A DNA stretch of 56,062 bases, counting the filler, from Chthonomonadaceae bacterium (lineage in GTDB: Bacteria; Armatimonadota; Chthonomonadetes; Chthonomonadales; Chthonomonadaceae), in NCBI GenBank assembly GCA_035650735.1. It is 3 parts of 3 records of this genome, joined end to end, with 100 filler letters (N's around TTAATTAATTAA, not from the genome) between each part and the next. Parts side by side here need not be neighbours in the genome. Positions count along the whole stretch, not along the records: positions 1 to 19,728 come from DASRGZ010000205.1; positions 19,829 to 38,483 come from DASRGZ010000207.1; 1 more part is not named here. The stretch is one strand, 5' to 3'. This document shows positions 18,231 to 27,051 of this stretch, one piece after another. Positions within the stretch are counted from its first letter, which is position 1. Every line of letters begins with the position of its first letter. Below the pieces are notes generated by a model. That model did no database searches, was not told the origin of the DNA, and saw nothing but the letters and a program-made list of their open reading frames with translations. Position numbers and translations under genes: made by a program.

Positions 18231-19373
18231 TTAGCCTGGCGAAGCGGGGGGCATGGCCGGCCTTTCGCGCAGCGTCGCCGTGAGGGTCTGCTCCGACCCG
18301 GCCCGCCAGATGCGAAGGGAGAGCTTATCGCCGACTTTTAGCCCTTGAATCACCGCTTGCAGATCCTCCTCCTTCTGAATCGGCGTATTGTTGGCGGCGC
18401 GTATCACATCCCCCGGCTGTAGCCCGGCCTCATCGGCAGGGCTTCCCTGCAAAACGTTGGCTACGATCGCGCCGTTCACGTCCTCCGGGATATGGAGCGC
18501 GTCACGGGCGCGCGGCGTGATCGGGCCGTAGGCGATGCCCAGCCAGGGACGGACAACATGCCCCTGGGCGATAAGCTGGCCGACGACTTCACGCACGGTA
18601 TTGATCGGAATGGCCAGGCCGATGCCGATATTGGCCCCGTTGGTGGAGATGATAGCGCTATTGATGCCGATCACGCGGCCCTCGATGTCGGCCAGGGCGC
18701 CGCCAGAATTGCCCGGATTGATCGCCGCATCCGTCTGGATGACTGAGGTCAACGAACTGCCTGGCCCGGGCAAGGAGTTGCCCTTACGGATGGCGCTGAC
18801 GATGCCTGCAGTCACGGTCGTACCCAGCCCCAGCGGATTGCCGACGGCCACCACCCACTCGCCGACCTTGATCTTATCCGAATCGGCGAGCGTAGCGGCG
18901 GGCAGATTCTGTTCATCCACCTTCACGACGGCCAGGTCGCTGTCCGAGTCGGTGCCCAACACTCGCCCTTCCAACTCGCGCCCATTCTGCAGCGTGACGC
19001 TGATTTTCGTGGCATCCTCCACGACGTGGTTGTTGGTGACGATGGTTCCGTCCGGGGTCAGGATCACGCCGGAGCCGGCGCCGCGCGGGATGACCTGGGG
19101 CCCGAGAAAATCGAAGAGATCCCCGGCGCCGTAGCGCGGGCGGTACTCCGTGTTGATGGTAACCACCGAGGGCTCGACGCGCGCCGCCGCCTGCGCAATC
19201 GCCCCTGGATCGGAGATCGGGCTCGTATCCACGTGGATGGGCAGCGGTGTATTTGGTGTGAGCTTCGTGGTCACGCTGTGCCCTTGAGCGTGAAAATACT
19301 CATATGTCACAAAAACGCCCGCGCCGAAGAGAATCAACGCCAGGATACAGCCGCCTATCAGCCTTCTAAACAT
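18231..19373 (-). CDS. htrA: HtrA/DegP serine protease with one PDZ domain
   Basis: TNNHVV, DLAVVK, QTDAAINPGNSGG, C-terminal PDZ, N-terminal TM. Confidence 0.93.
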   Translation of the reverse strand: MFRRLIGGCILALILFGAGVFVTYEYFHAQGHSVTTKLTPNTPLPIHVDTSPISDPGAIAQAAARVEPSVVTINTEYRPRYGAGDLFDFLGPQVIPRGAGSGVILTPDGTIVTNNHVVEDATKISVTLQNGRELEGRVLGTDSDSDLAVVKVDEQNLPAATLADSDKIKVGEWVVAVGNPLGLGTTVTAGIVSAIRKGNSLPGPGSSLTSVIQTDAAINPGNSGGALADIEGRVIGINSAIISTNGANIGIGLAIPINTVREVVGQLIAQGHVVRPWLGIAYGPITPRARDALHIPEDVNGAIVANVLQGSPADEAGLQPGDVIRAANNTPIQKEEDLQAVIQGLKVGDKLSLRIWRAGSEQTLTATLRERPAMPPASPG

Positions 19374-19517
19374 GATAATCCCTCACGTCCCTCCGCAGCC
19401 AGTGTCCGGCGCAGGTGAGAAAGAGAACCGGCGCCCGTCTGGCAATCACGCCGCCTGCGCGCGCCTGGGCACCCCACGGAGCGTTCTCCTTCTTGCCGGG
19501 CCGGCGACCGGCTGCCG

Positions 19518-19728
19518 CTACTCCGCTTGCTGATTCCACTGCGCGGCCCGCTCCTGGATGTCCACCGCGCCCCATTGCTCGATCACCCGACGGACGCGCG
19601 GCTCGTCGGCATCTGTCGTGCGCACCACGACCAGCGTGCCGCCCCGCTGTACGCCCACATGGTAATGCTCGGCCTCCTCCTCTTCCACACCCACCGATAC
19701 GAGCGCACCGGCCAGGCTGCCCGTCATC
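19518..19728 (-). CDS. General-stress/membrane protein, 3' fragment (5' part lost at contig end)
   Basis: GALVSVGVEEEEAEHYHVGVQRGGTLVVV...GAVDI. Confidence 0.65.
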
Positions 19729-19828
19729 NNNNNNNNNNNNNNNNNNNNNNNNNNNNNNNNNNNNNNNNNNNNTTAATTAATTAANNNNNNNNNNNNNNNN
19801 NNNNNNNNNNNNNNNNNNNNNNNNNNNN
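19729..19828. other. Artificial contig linker
   Basis: N-run, TTAATTAATTAA (stops in all six frames), N-run. Confidence 0.98.
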
Positions 19829-19968
19829 TTCGGGTAGAGTAGAATCAAGTTGGTCGGTCATGGGATTGGCTCCTTTTCTGGTCTTGGCAACCGAAAGGAT
19901 ACCCCATGACCTGCCGCTTACCCGCTCAGCAGGCCAGACCAATTCTACAGAAAGAAGTGTACACTACC
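19829..19968 (-). mobile_element. Left end of a probable IS256-family element
   Basis: Minus strand starts GGTAGTGTACACTTCTTTCTGTAG (IS256-like end), then SD AAGGAG and ORF start MTDQLDSTLPE running into the gap. Confidence 0.6.
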
Positions 19969-20045
19969 AGAACCCCGCCCCTCCAGCACAATACGGCACC
20001 CAACACAACGATCAATACAATTGTCACGACTTCCCAGGCCTCCAT
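19969..20045 (-). pseudogene. 5' fragment of a membrane-protein gene interrupted by the IS
   Basis: SD GGAGG, ATG, MEAWEVVTIVLIVVLGAVLCWRGGV, then the IS end. Confidence 0.45.
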
Positions 20046-20286
20046 TGCCTTGTACCTCCAGGTGTGCCTTACTGAGACAAATGGATAAAGAGGAAAGGAG
20101 GAGGAACACCGGCAGCCTCGCTTCCTTTTCACTATCAGGTGCCGGTCGGGCGGATTTACACACCTTTTTGAGACAGGTTTCGCCGCGGAAAAACCTGAAA
20201 AACACGCAGGGGAAGACTCAAGAAAGAGCGAAGACTCGATCAGCAGAGTCTTGCAGAGGGCAGAGCGCCCATAACAGAGGTGTGCC

Positions 20287-20970
20287 ATGAAGCACCGCCA
20301 CTTACTCAGCCAGATAGTCTTGATCTTGTTATTGATCCTGCTTGCGCTTCCTGTATGGCGTCTCTATGCTACGGCCAAGCACGAAAGAGAGGGCCAGGAC
20401 TTGATTGAGGCCATCAAGAACAGGAATGCTGCCGCCGTCTTCGCTGCCCTGCAAGCGGGCGCCGACCCCAACCAGGCGGACGTCTATGGCAGTCCCGCTC
20501 TCCATTGCGCCATCCAGCTACAGCCGGAGCAGGCAAGGATCGTCAAGGCCCTGCTGCAGCACGGCGCGAACATCAATGCCACCGACTACCAGGGGCGCAC
20601 GCCTTTGATGTGTGCCGCTGAGTTGGGGAACACGGCCCTGGTCACTACCCTTCTGGACAAAGGCGCCAACATCCGTGCCAGAGACAGGCAAGGTCAGACC
20701 GCTTTAATGCGGGCTACTCAATCCTTTGCTGTGGAGACGGTAAGAGTCCTGCTGCGGCGCGGCGCACAGGTCAACGCCCAGGATAATGAGGGCAATACCG
20801 CTCTCAGCATAGCGGCCTCGCACGATTTCCCTGACCTGGTTCGGCTTCTGCTAAAGAAGGGGGCTAACAGCGGAATCGCGGGGCAGGAAGGCACCGCATT
20901 GCAGATAGCCAGGCGGCAAGGGTATACAGATATTGTTCCCCTGCTGGAGCAGAGGAAGACGAAGGAGTGA
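20287..20970 (+). CDS. Ankyrin-repeat protein with N-terminal signal/TM
   Basis: Repeats GSPALH, GRTPLM, GQTALM, GNTALS with LLxxGA(D/N) ends. Confidence 0.92.
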   Translation: MKHRHLLSQIVLILLLILLALPVWRLYATAKHEREGQDLIEAIKNRNAAAVFAALQAGADPNQADVYGSPALHCAIQLQPEQARIVKALLQHGANINATDYQGRTPLMCAAELGNTALVTTLLDKGANIRARDRQGQTALMRATQSFAVETVRVLLRRGAQVNAQDNEGNTALSIAASHDFPDLVRLLLKKGANSGIAGQEGTALQIARRQGYTDIVPLLEQRKTKE

Positions 20971-21204
20971 CCCCTCTCCGGTTCCAAAACGGCTGACACG
21001 AGCCACGAACAACGAAGCACGGAGTGACACGCCTCCCCACTTCCAAAACGGCGGAATGCCGGTAACAACGACCTCCCATTCCAGTGCTGCAAATTTCCCT
21101 CGACTTTTCCGCTCGCCCGCCAAGACGCTAAAACCGCTGGCGTGGCCGGGGCGTTAGCGCGCGCGTGAAGCCAACCACCCTGAGCTGCGGTTATCAAATC
21201 ACGC

Positions 21205-21240
21205 AAATCCCCTAAAAATTACCGGGTTATAGGCCGACAA
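21205..21240 (+). promoter_or_regulatory. Sigma28 (FliA/SigD)-type promoter of flagellin
   Basis: TAAA(21213-21216)-N16-GCCGACAA(21233-21240). Confidence 0.72.
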
Positions 21241-21337
21241 TATTCCTCGAACGGAAGGCCGACAGGCACACGCCTCCGCCAGACCCCAAAGCACCACAGT
21301 TTGAGGTTCCCAAAATCCCAGTAGGGACAGCCCAAGC

Positions 21338-21388
21338 CGGCAGGATGCCGAAAACGCGCCTGAGGCGCAGATGGGCAAATCATGGAGG
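21338..21388 (+). promoter_or_regulatory. Putative CsrA-binding sites in the flagellin leader
   Basis: CGGCA-GGA-TGCCG hairpin with GGA loop, plus ATGGA overlapping the SD. Confidence 0.55.
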
Positions 21389-21395
21389 AAAAGTC

Positions 21396-22883
21396 ATGGG
21401 ATTGCAGATCAACACCAACGTCACGGCTTTGAATGCCCTGCGCAACCTGCAGAACGTCAGCACCGCCGTCAGCAGCAGCATTGAGAAACTCTCCAGCGGT
21501 CTGCGCATCAACCGCGCCGCCGATGACCCCTCAGGGCTGATCATCTCCGAGAACCTGCGCGCCCAGATAGACGGTCTCAACCAGGCCATCTCCAACAGCC
21601 AGGACGCCAGCAACGTCATCAAGACGGCTGAGGGCGGTCTGACCGAAGTCAACAGCCTGCTAAGAAGCATCCGGCAGTTGGCTGTGCATGCGGCCAACAC
21701 CGGCGTCAACGATATGGTCGCGGTTCAGGCCGACCAGGCCCAGATCGCTTCCGCCCTGAACAGCATCGAGCGCATTGCCGAGCAGACCCAGTACGGCACC
21801 AAGCGCCTTCTGGATGGCTCTTCGGGCATCTCGGCAGCCGTTGTAGATACCAAGAGCATCTCCGGCATCTATATCGGCGGGGTCTTCGGAGGCGTGGCCA
21901 CCCAGAACGGCACCGTTAACATCACGGTCAACAACGCTGCCACCCGCGCGCAGTCGGTGGGCACCGTCACCTACGCCAGCGTCAACGCCTCGCTCTCTTT
22001 GGCCAACGGCGGCACCACCGGCGCCGGCGGCACCGTCGTCCTCAACGGCCAGTCCATCTCGGTCAGCGGCTCGGATACCGTCCAGACCCTCATCAACAAG
22101 ATCAACAACATCGCCGGTTCGACGGGCGTCTCGGCAGCCTTCACCTTCGGCAACGGTTCGGGCTCGATTGTGCTGAGCCAGCAGAACTATGGGGCCAACT
22201 TCAAGATCAACGAGGCCGAAAGCGCTGCGCTGATCAATGGCACCGCGGGCACGTTGGTAGCTGGGCTCAATGCCACCGTGACGGTGGCGGCCTCCGGGCT
22301 GGTCAACGGCGCAGTGACCTCCGTGGTGGCTACGTTTGTCGGAGGGCGTTCTGCCAGCGACACGGGCTTGCGGGTCACCGACATCTACGGCAACTCCATC
22401 CTGCTGACCGAGGCGGGCAACTCCACCGGCACTACCAACGCCACCGTCTCGACGGTGACGGCAGGAAATTTGCAGTTCCAAGTGGGAGCCAACGCCGACC
22501 AGACGGTGAACACCAGCCTGGGCAACATCCGCACGACCAACCTGGGCACCACGGCAGTACCGGGCTCGAACCTGTCTTTGGTGGATGTGACCACGGCCAC
22601 GGGAGCCAACAACGCCATCAAGATATTGGATGAGGCGATCTCGCAGGTCTCCCAGCTGCGGGCCAACCTGGGCGCCTTCCAGAAGAACACGCTCGACAGC
22701 ACCGTTCGTTACCTGGGAGTAGGCGTCGAGAACCTGTCGGCCTCGGAGAGCCAGATCAGGGATACCAATGTGGCCTCGGAGGTAGTCAGCCTAACCAAGA
22801 ACCAGATCATCCAGCAGGCAGGCACCTCAGTATTGGCGCAGGCGAACTCCGCGCCACAGCAGGTCCTCTCCCTCCTGCGGTAG
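21396..22883 (+). CDS. fliC: Flagellin
   Basis: INTNVTALNA, EKLSSGLRINRAADDPSGL, RANLGAFQ, ENLSASESQIRDT, QQVLSLLR. Confidence 0.98.
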   Translation: MGLQINTNVTALNALRNLQNVSTAVSSSIEKLSSGLRINRAADDPSGLIISENLRAQIDGLNQAISNSQDASNVIKTAEGGLTEVNSLLRSIRQLAVHAANTGVNDMVAVQADQAQIASALNSIERIAEQTQYGTKRLLDGSSGISAAVVDTKSISGIYIGGVFGGVATQNGTVNITVNNAATRAQSVGTVTYASVNASLSLANGGTTGAGGTVVLNGQSISVSGSDTVQTLINKINNIAGSTGVSAAFTFGNGSGSIVLSQQNYGANFKINEAESAALINGTAGTLVAGLNATVTVAASGLVNGAVTSVVATFVGGRSASDTGLRVTDIYGNSILLTEAGNSTGTTNATVSTVTAGNLQFQVGANADQTVNTSLGNIRTTNLGTTAVPGSNLSLVDVTTATGANNAIKILDEAISQVSQLRANLGAFQKNTLDSTVRYLGVGVENLSASESQIRDTNVASEVVSLTKNQIIQQAGTSVLAQANSAPQQVLSLLR

Positions 22884-22984
22884 GCGGCTGAGGGCAGTAA
22901 AGCGTTCGGGACGGCGCCGGCAATCTAGACTGCGCCGTTCCGGACGTTCGTGCGCCGGTTGCCTGCGGGCGCTCTCGGCGTTTT

Positions 22985-23014
22985 CCTCCAGGGAACCCCC
23001 TCGCCGCCCGATAA
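22985..23014 (+). promoter_or_regulatory. Possible sigma28-type promoter of fliD
   Basis: ccTCCA-N16-CCCGATAA, same spacing as the fliC and pseB motifs. Confidence 0.45.
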
Positions 23015-23059
23015 TTAACGGCAGCAACGGTTTGTGTTAGGGCCTCTTAGGAGACAAGC

Positions 23060-25366
23060 ATGAGCATCAGCGGAATTAACTTCTCCGGCCTGAGCACCGG
23101 CATTGATACAGAGCAGATCATCCAACAGATGCTGCAGATAGATAAGCGGCCTGAGGAATTAATGAAGAACCAACAGGCCCTCCTGCAGCAGCGCCAGGCC
23201 GCCTATAACTCCGTCAGCGCGCAGCTGCTGGGCCTGCAGGCCGCCGCAGGCACGCTCGATTCCCTGCGCGCCTTTGACCTTGTGACCGCCAGCAGCAGCG
23301 ATAGCACCGTTGCCACCGTGACCGCCCAGACCGGCGCGCAGACCGGCGCGCACGATATCACCGTCACGACCCTGGCCAAGGCGCAGAAACTCAGCTCCGC
23401 CGCGCAGTCCAGCCAGACAAGCCCGCTCAATTTTACCGGCCAGATTATTATTAACGGCAAGGCCATCAACGTCCAGGCCAGCGACAGCCTCCAGACGCTC
23501 GCCGCCAATATCAACGCCGTCCAGGCCGGCGTCTCCGCTTCTATTATCTCGCCCTCGCCCAACCAGTACTACCTGACCCTCGGCAGCAACAACACGGGCT
23601 TGCAGGGCCAGATCAGCATTTCCGATACGGCGGGCAATACGTTCCTGGGCGCTACATTGGGCCTGTTCGATGCGGGCGGCGCGACCAGCCTGCGCCATGC
23701 CATCGGCGCCACCGGGGCCGGCTCCGACCTATTTACCGACAGCGCCACCAGCATCGGCACCCTTCAGGGCCAGACCGCCCCCGCCTCCGGCACGGTGACT
23801 ATCGGCACGGGAACCGTCGCCATTGACCTGGCAGCCGACTCCCTGAGCGCCATCGCCGGCAAGATCAATGCGGCGGGCATCGCGGGCGTCACCGCCAGCG
23901 TCGCCACCGTCACCGATCCGATCTCGGGCGCCAGCCGCCAGCAGCTCCAGATCAGCGGCACGCAGAGCTTTGTGGATAGCAATAACATCCTGGCCAACCT
24001 GGGCATTATTCAGCGCAACTTTGCCGCCGGGCGGCAACTGACCGCCGCGCAGGACGCCACCTTCACTCTCGACGGCCTGCCCGCCACGCGCCCGAACAAC
24101 ACCTTCTCGGACGCCATTTCCGGCGTGACCATCACCCTGCTTAAAGATGGCGGCGCGCAGGCCAACCTGACCGTCGGCAGCGATACCACCACCATCGCCG
24201 CCAATATTGGCGCCTTTGTCAAGGCGTTCAACTCTGCCGTGGACGCGGTCGGCTCTTTAGCGCAGTATGATCCGGATACCGGCAAGACCGGGCCGCTCTT
24301 CGGCGATATAACCACCCAGAGCGTCGTGGATGGGCTCGTCTCCAACGCCACCGACGTGGTTTCCGGCCTGCCCATGGATCTGAGCCTACTCTCCCAGATC
24401 GGCATCACCCTGGATCAATCCAATCATCTCGTCGTGGATAACGACCAGCTCAACACGGCCCTGAGCGGGAACCTGAAGGGCGTGGCTAAGCTATTTCAGG
24501 CCTATGGCGCGCCGAGCAACTCCAGCGTGCAGTTTGTCTCTTCCACCGGCGACACCCAGCCGAGCGGTTCGGCAGGCTACGCGGTGGTCGTGACGCAGCC
24601 GGCCACGCAGGCGACTCTCCTGGCCCCCACGGCGCAGACCGCCCCGCTGGCCCAGGATGAAGTCATCACGTTCGGCGGCCCGCTCTTTGGCACCTCCAGC
24701 ACGGCGCCGCTGACGGGCGGCCACCAGATCACCCTGCACGCCGGAAGCACCATTGACGACGTTATTAGCCAGATCAACGGCGATTCCGTTGTCGGGCCGC
24801 TGATCTCGGCCTCCAAAGACGCCACGACGGGCGCGCTCCAACTGGTTTCCAAGCAATATGGCTCCTCGGCTGAGTTTGCCGTCGTCTCCGCCATTCCCGC
24901 CGCCAACAACAGCAGCGGCATCGGCACGACGGTCCTCGACCAGAAGGGCCAGGATGTCGCCGGGACCATCAACGGCGAGCTTGCCCAGGGGACCGGCCAG
25001 TACCTGACCGGCTCGCAGAAGGGGGACGGCACCACGCCCAATGGGCACGCGCTCGGCCTGCAATTGCGCGTCACCGCGACCACTGCCGGCTCCTATGGCA
25101 ACGTCGTCTTTACTACCGGCGTAGCCGACGTCCTGAAAAACTATATCAATACGCAAACCGATGCGTTCAACGGCGTGCTCACCACAGCCTCTAGCTCTCT
25201 GGACGATCAGATCAAGGACATCCAGGATAGCATCAATGAGCTAGAAGATCGCCTGAAAGACGAGGAGGATAACCTGCGCACGCGGTTTGCCGCGATGGAG
25301 GCGGCGGTCGCGCAGATCAAAGCGGCCAGTACCGGGCTCTCGCAACTGGGCGTACCGAGCCGATAA
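23060..25366 (+). CDS. fliD: Flagellar filament cap protein
   Basis: FSGLSTGIDTEQII, LAKAQK, AQDATFTLDG, C-terminal LRTRFAAME; follows fliC. Confidence 0.93.
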   Translation: MSISGINFSGLSTGIDTEQIIQQMLQIDKRPEELMKNQQALLQQRQAAYNSVSAQLLGLQAAAGTLDSLRAFDLVTASSSDSTVATVTAQTGAQTGAHDITVTTLAKAQKLSSAAQSSQTSPLNFTGQIIINGKAINVQASDSLQTLAANINAVQAGVSASIISPSPNQYYLTLGSNNTGLQGQISISDTAGNTFLGATLGLFDAGGATSLRHAIGATGAGSDLFTDSATSIGTLQGQTAPASGTVTIGTGTVAIDLAADSLSAIAGKINAAGIAGVTASVATVTDPISGASRQQLQISGTQSFVDSNNILANLGIIQRNFAAGRQLTAAQDATFTLDGLPATRPNNTFSDAISGVTITLLKDGGAQANLTVGSDTTTIAANIGAFVKAFNSAVDAVGSLAQYDPDTGKTGPLFGDITTQSVVDGLVSNATDVVSGLPMDLSLLSQIGITLDQSNHLVVDNDQLNTALSGNLKGVAKLFQAYGAPSNSSVQFVSSTGDTQPSGSAGYAVVVTQPATQATLLAPTAQTAPLAQDEVITFGGPLFGTSSTAPLTGGHQITLHAGSTIDDVISQINGDSVVGPLISASKDATTGALQLVSKQYGSSAEFAVVSAIPAANNSSGIGTTVLDQKGQDVAGTINGELAQGTGQYLTGSQKGDGTTPNGHALGLQLRVTATTAGSYGNVVFTTGVADVLKNYINTQTDAFNGVLTTASSSLDDQIKDIQDSINELEDRLKDEEDNLRTRFAAMEAAVAQIKAASTGLSQLGVPSR

Positions 25367-25469
25367 TCCCGATGGAAAGACTCACCTCATGCATTAGGGC
25401 TCTTCCTGAGATTACGCCCGCCGCGGTGAGTTAGAGAGAAATTGCCTCGAAGGGGGATTGTAAGTGCCC

Positions 25470-26120
25470 ATGGCTTTTGCCACACCGACACCGCCGCAGC
25501 GGCCCCAGGCGGAGGATACCACCCAGGCTGCGCCGGACGCCAACCGGCCTGCCACGACGGGCCCGGCACGCCGGAACGTGCCGCGCCAGGCCCACCAGCA
25601 GTATCAGAAGGCGCTGGTCGAAACGGCCAGCCCGACCCGGCTCATCGTCCTGCTCTACGACGGGGCCATCCGATTCTGCTCGCTGGGGCGTGAGGCGATG
25701 CTGGCCCGCGACCTCGAAGCCCAAAGCACGAATCTGATTAAAGCGCAGCGCATTCTTGGAGAGTTGATGAGCTCGCTCGACAGCAAAGTGGGTGGCGAGG
25801 TTGCCCAGAACCTGTTTCAGCTCTATCGCTATATGCTGGAACAGCTCGTGCAGGCCAATCTCTATGATCAGACGGAGCCGGTAGACGAGGTGCTGGCGAT
25901 GCTGCGGGAGCTGCGCGACACCTGGCAGGAGGTGGATCGCCAGATAGCGCAGGCACCGTCGGCGCCGCCTGCGGCGGGGGAGGCGGCCAATAACCCTATT
26001 GTTCCTAACCCGGCAGCGCGCCGGGCGCAGGCGGCTCTGGCGCGGCAGCCCCAGGGTACTGCGCCGCCACAGGAGTCCGCTTTGCCTCCGGGAATGCGGC
26101 TGGGGGATCGCAATGCCTGA
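25470..26120 (+). CDS. fliS: Flagellin export chaperone FliS
   Basis: VETASPTRLIVLLYDGAIRF, KAQRILGELMSSLD, LYRYM, ELRDTW. Confidence 0.93.
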   Translation: MAFATPTPPQRPQAEDTTQAAPDANRPATTGPARRNVPRQAHQQYQKALVETASPTRLIVLLYDGAIRFCSLGREAMLARDLEAQSTNLIKAQRILGELMSSLDSKVGGEVAQNLFQLYRYMLEQLVQANLYDQTEPVDEVLAMLRELRDTWQEVDRQIAQAPSAPPAAGEAANNPIVPNPAARRAQAALARQPQGTAPPQESALPPGMRLGDRNA

Positions 26121-26520
26121 TGAAGAGACTCAACAACCATTTTGGCCCCGACCGGCGGATACGGCGGCGGACGCAGAGGCGCTGCGTCCGCTCCGGAGGC
26201 TCCGCCAACTGGCCGCCGAGATCCAGGCGGCGCTGGAGCACGGCGATCTGGAGATCGTCTGCCAGGCGGCGGCGCTGCTGGCGCCTACGCTGGCCCGGTG
26301 CCAGCAGACGCAAGCACGCCTGAACCTGGGGGCCGGAGAAGCAGCCGAGCTGGCCTTGCAGACACGCGCTGCTCTGGATGCCTGTGAGGCAACGCTGCGC
26401 CAAGCCCTGCGCGACGTGGCCGCGGAGATGCGCCGTCTGCGTCAGGGCCGGCGCACCATCGCCCTTGTGCGCGCCCGCCGGCCCGCCGCCACCGGCTACC
26501 GACTCGACACCCAACGTTGA
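26113..26520 (+). CDS. Helical protein in the FliT/FlgN position
   Basis: Start overlaps the fliS end; all-helical 135 aa; ends LRQGRRTIALVR...GYRLDTQR. Confidence 0.55.
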   Translation: MPDEETQQPFWPRPADTAADAEALRPLRRLRQLAAEIQAALEHGDLEIVCQAAALLAPTLARCQQTQARLNLGAGEAAELALQTRAALDACEATLRQALRDVAAEMRRLRQGRRTIALVRARRPAATGYRLDTQR

Positions 26521-26579
26521 TAGGACGTGCGAAAAGAAAGAACGAATTCCCCTTTCCTTCTTTTTGAAAAACATTAACC

Positions 26580-26608
26580 TGGACAAACCCAAACGCGTGT
26601 GGTAAAAT
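26580..26608 (+). promoter_or_regulatory. Putative sigma70 promoter
   Basis: TGGACA-N17-TAAAAT with extended -10 TG. Confidence 0.5.
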
Positions 26609-27051
26609 TACTGTACAAGGTCATGATTGCCTTGCGCCTTCCCAACTAGGTGCGAACGGGATGGCGCTCTTCTTCCTGCTCATCGCCCCTCGAAAGGCTC
26701 ATAACAGCCGCTTCGTAAGTACAAATCCAAATTCTCCAGCGGATCCCAATTGTTGGTAGAGCAGTAATCCGGTAGGCTTGCGCGTAGGCGCTGCCTGGCC
26801 TGGAACCGACTATGCCTGTGCGTGGTTAGCGGACGGTTAATACCTTTGGCTTCCCAGCCCTCCATGTCCCTTCGGGGTACCCTACCGCATGGAAACGACT
26901 CTCCCCTCCCCTGTTCTTGGGGGAGGGGTTGGGGGTAGGGGCCTATTTTCAAGTCAGTAGGGGCAAAGGGCATCAACCGCCGCGCCCGGATACGGGCCTG
27001 CTCTGCACAGCGATTATGAAGATCGAGAAGACAGCAAGGAGGCAATCTCAC

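Noticed and set aside
19729..19828. TTAATTAATTAA palindrome inside N-runs (also 38484-38583)
   Set aside because: Artificial contig linker
20983..21052. TTCCAAAACGGC direct repeat; also a GCCGTTAAAA(A)CAT repeat at about 47752 and 47823
   Set aside because: Two short copies each with no further structure; too weak to interpret
26795..26895. Minus-strand AACCGTCCGCTAACC resembling the 3' part of a c-di-AMP (ydaO) riboswitch
   Set aside because: 5' conserved elements are missing and there is no downstream gene on that strand
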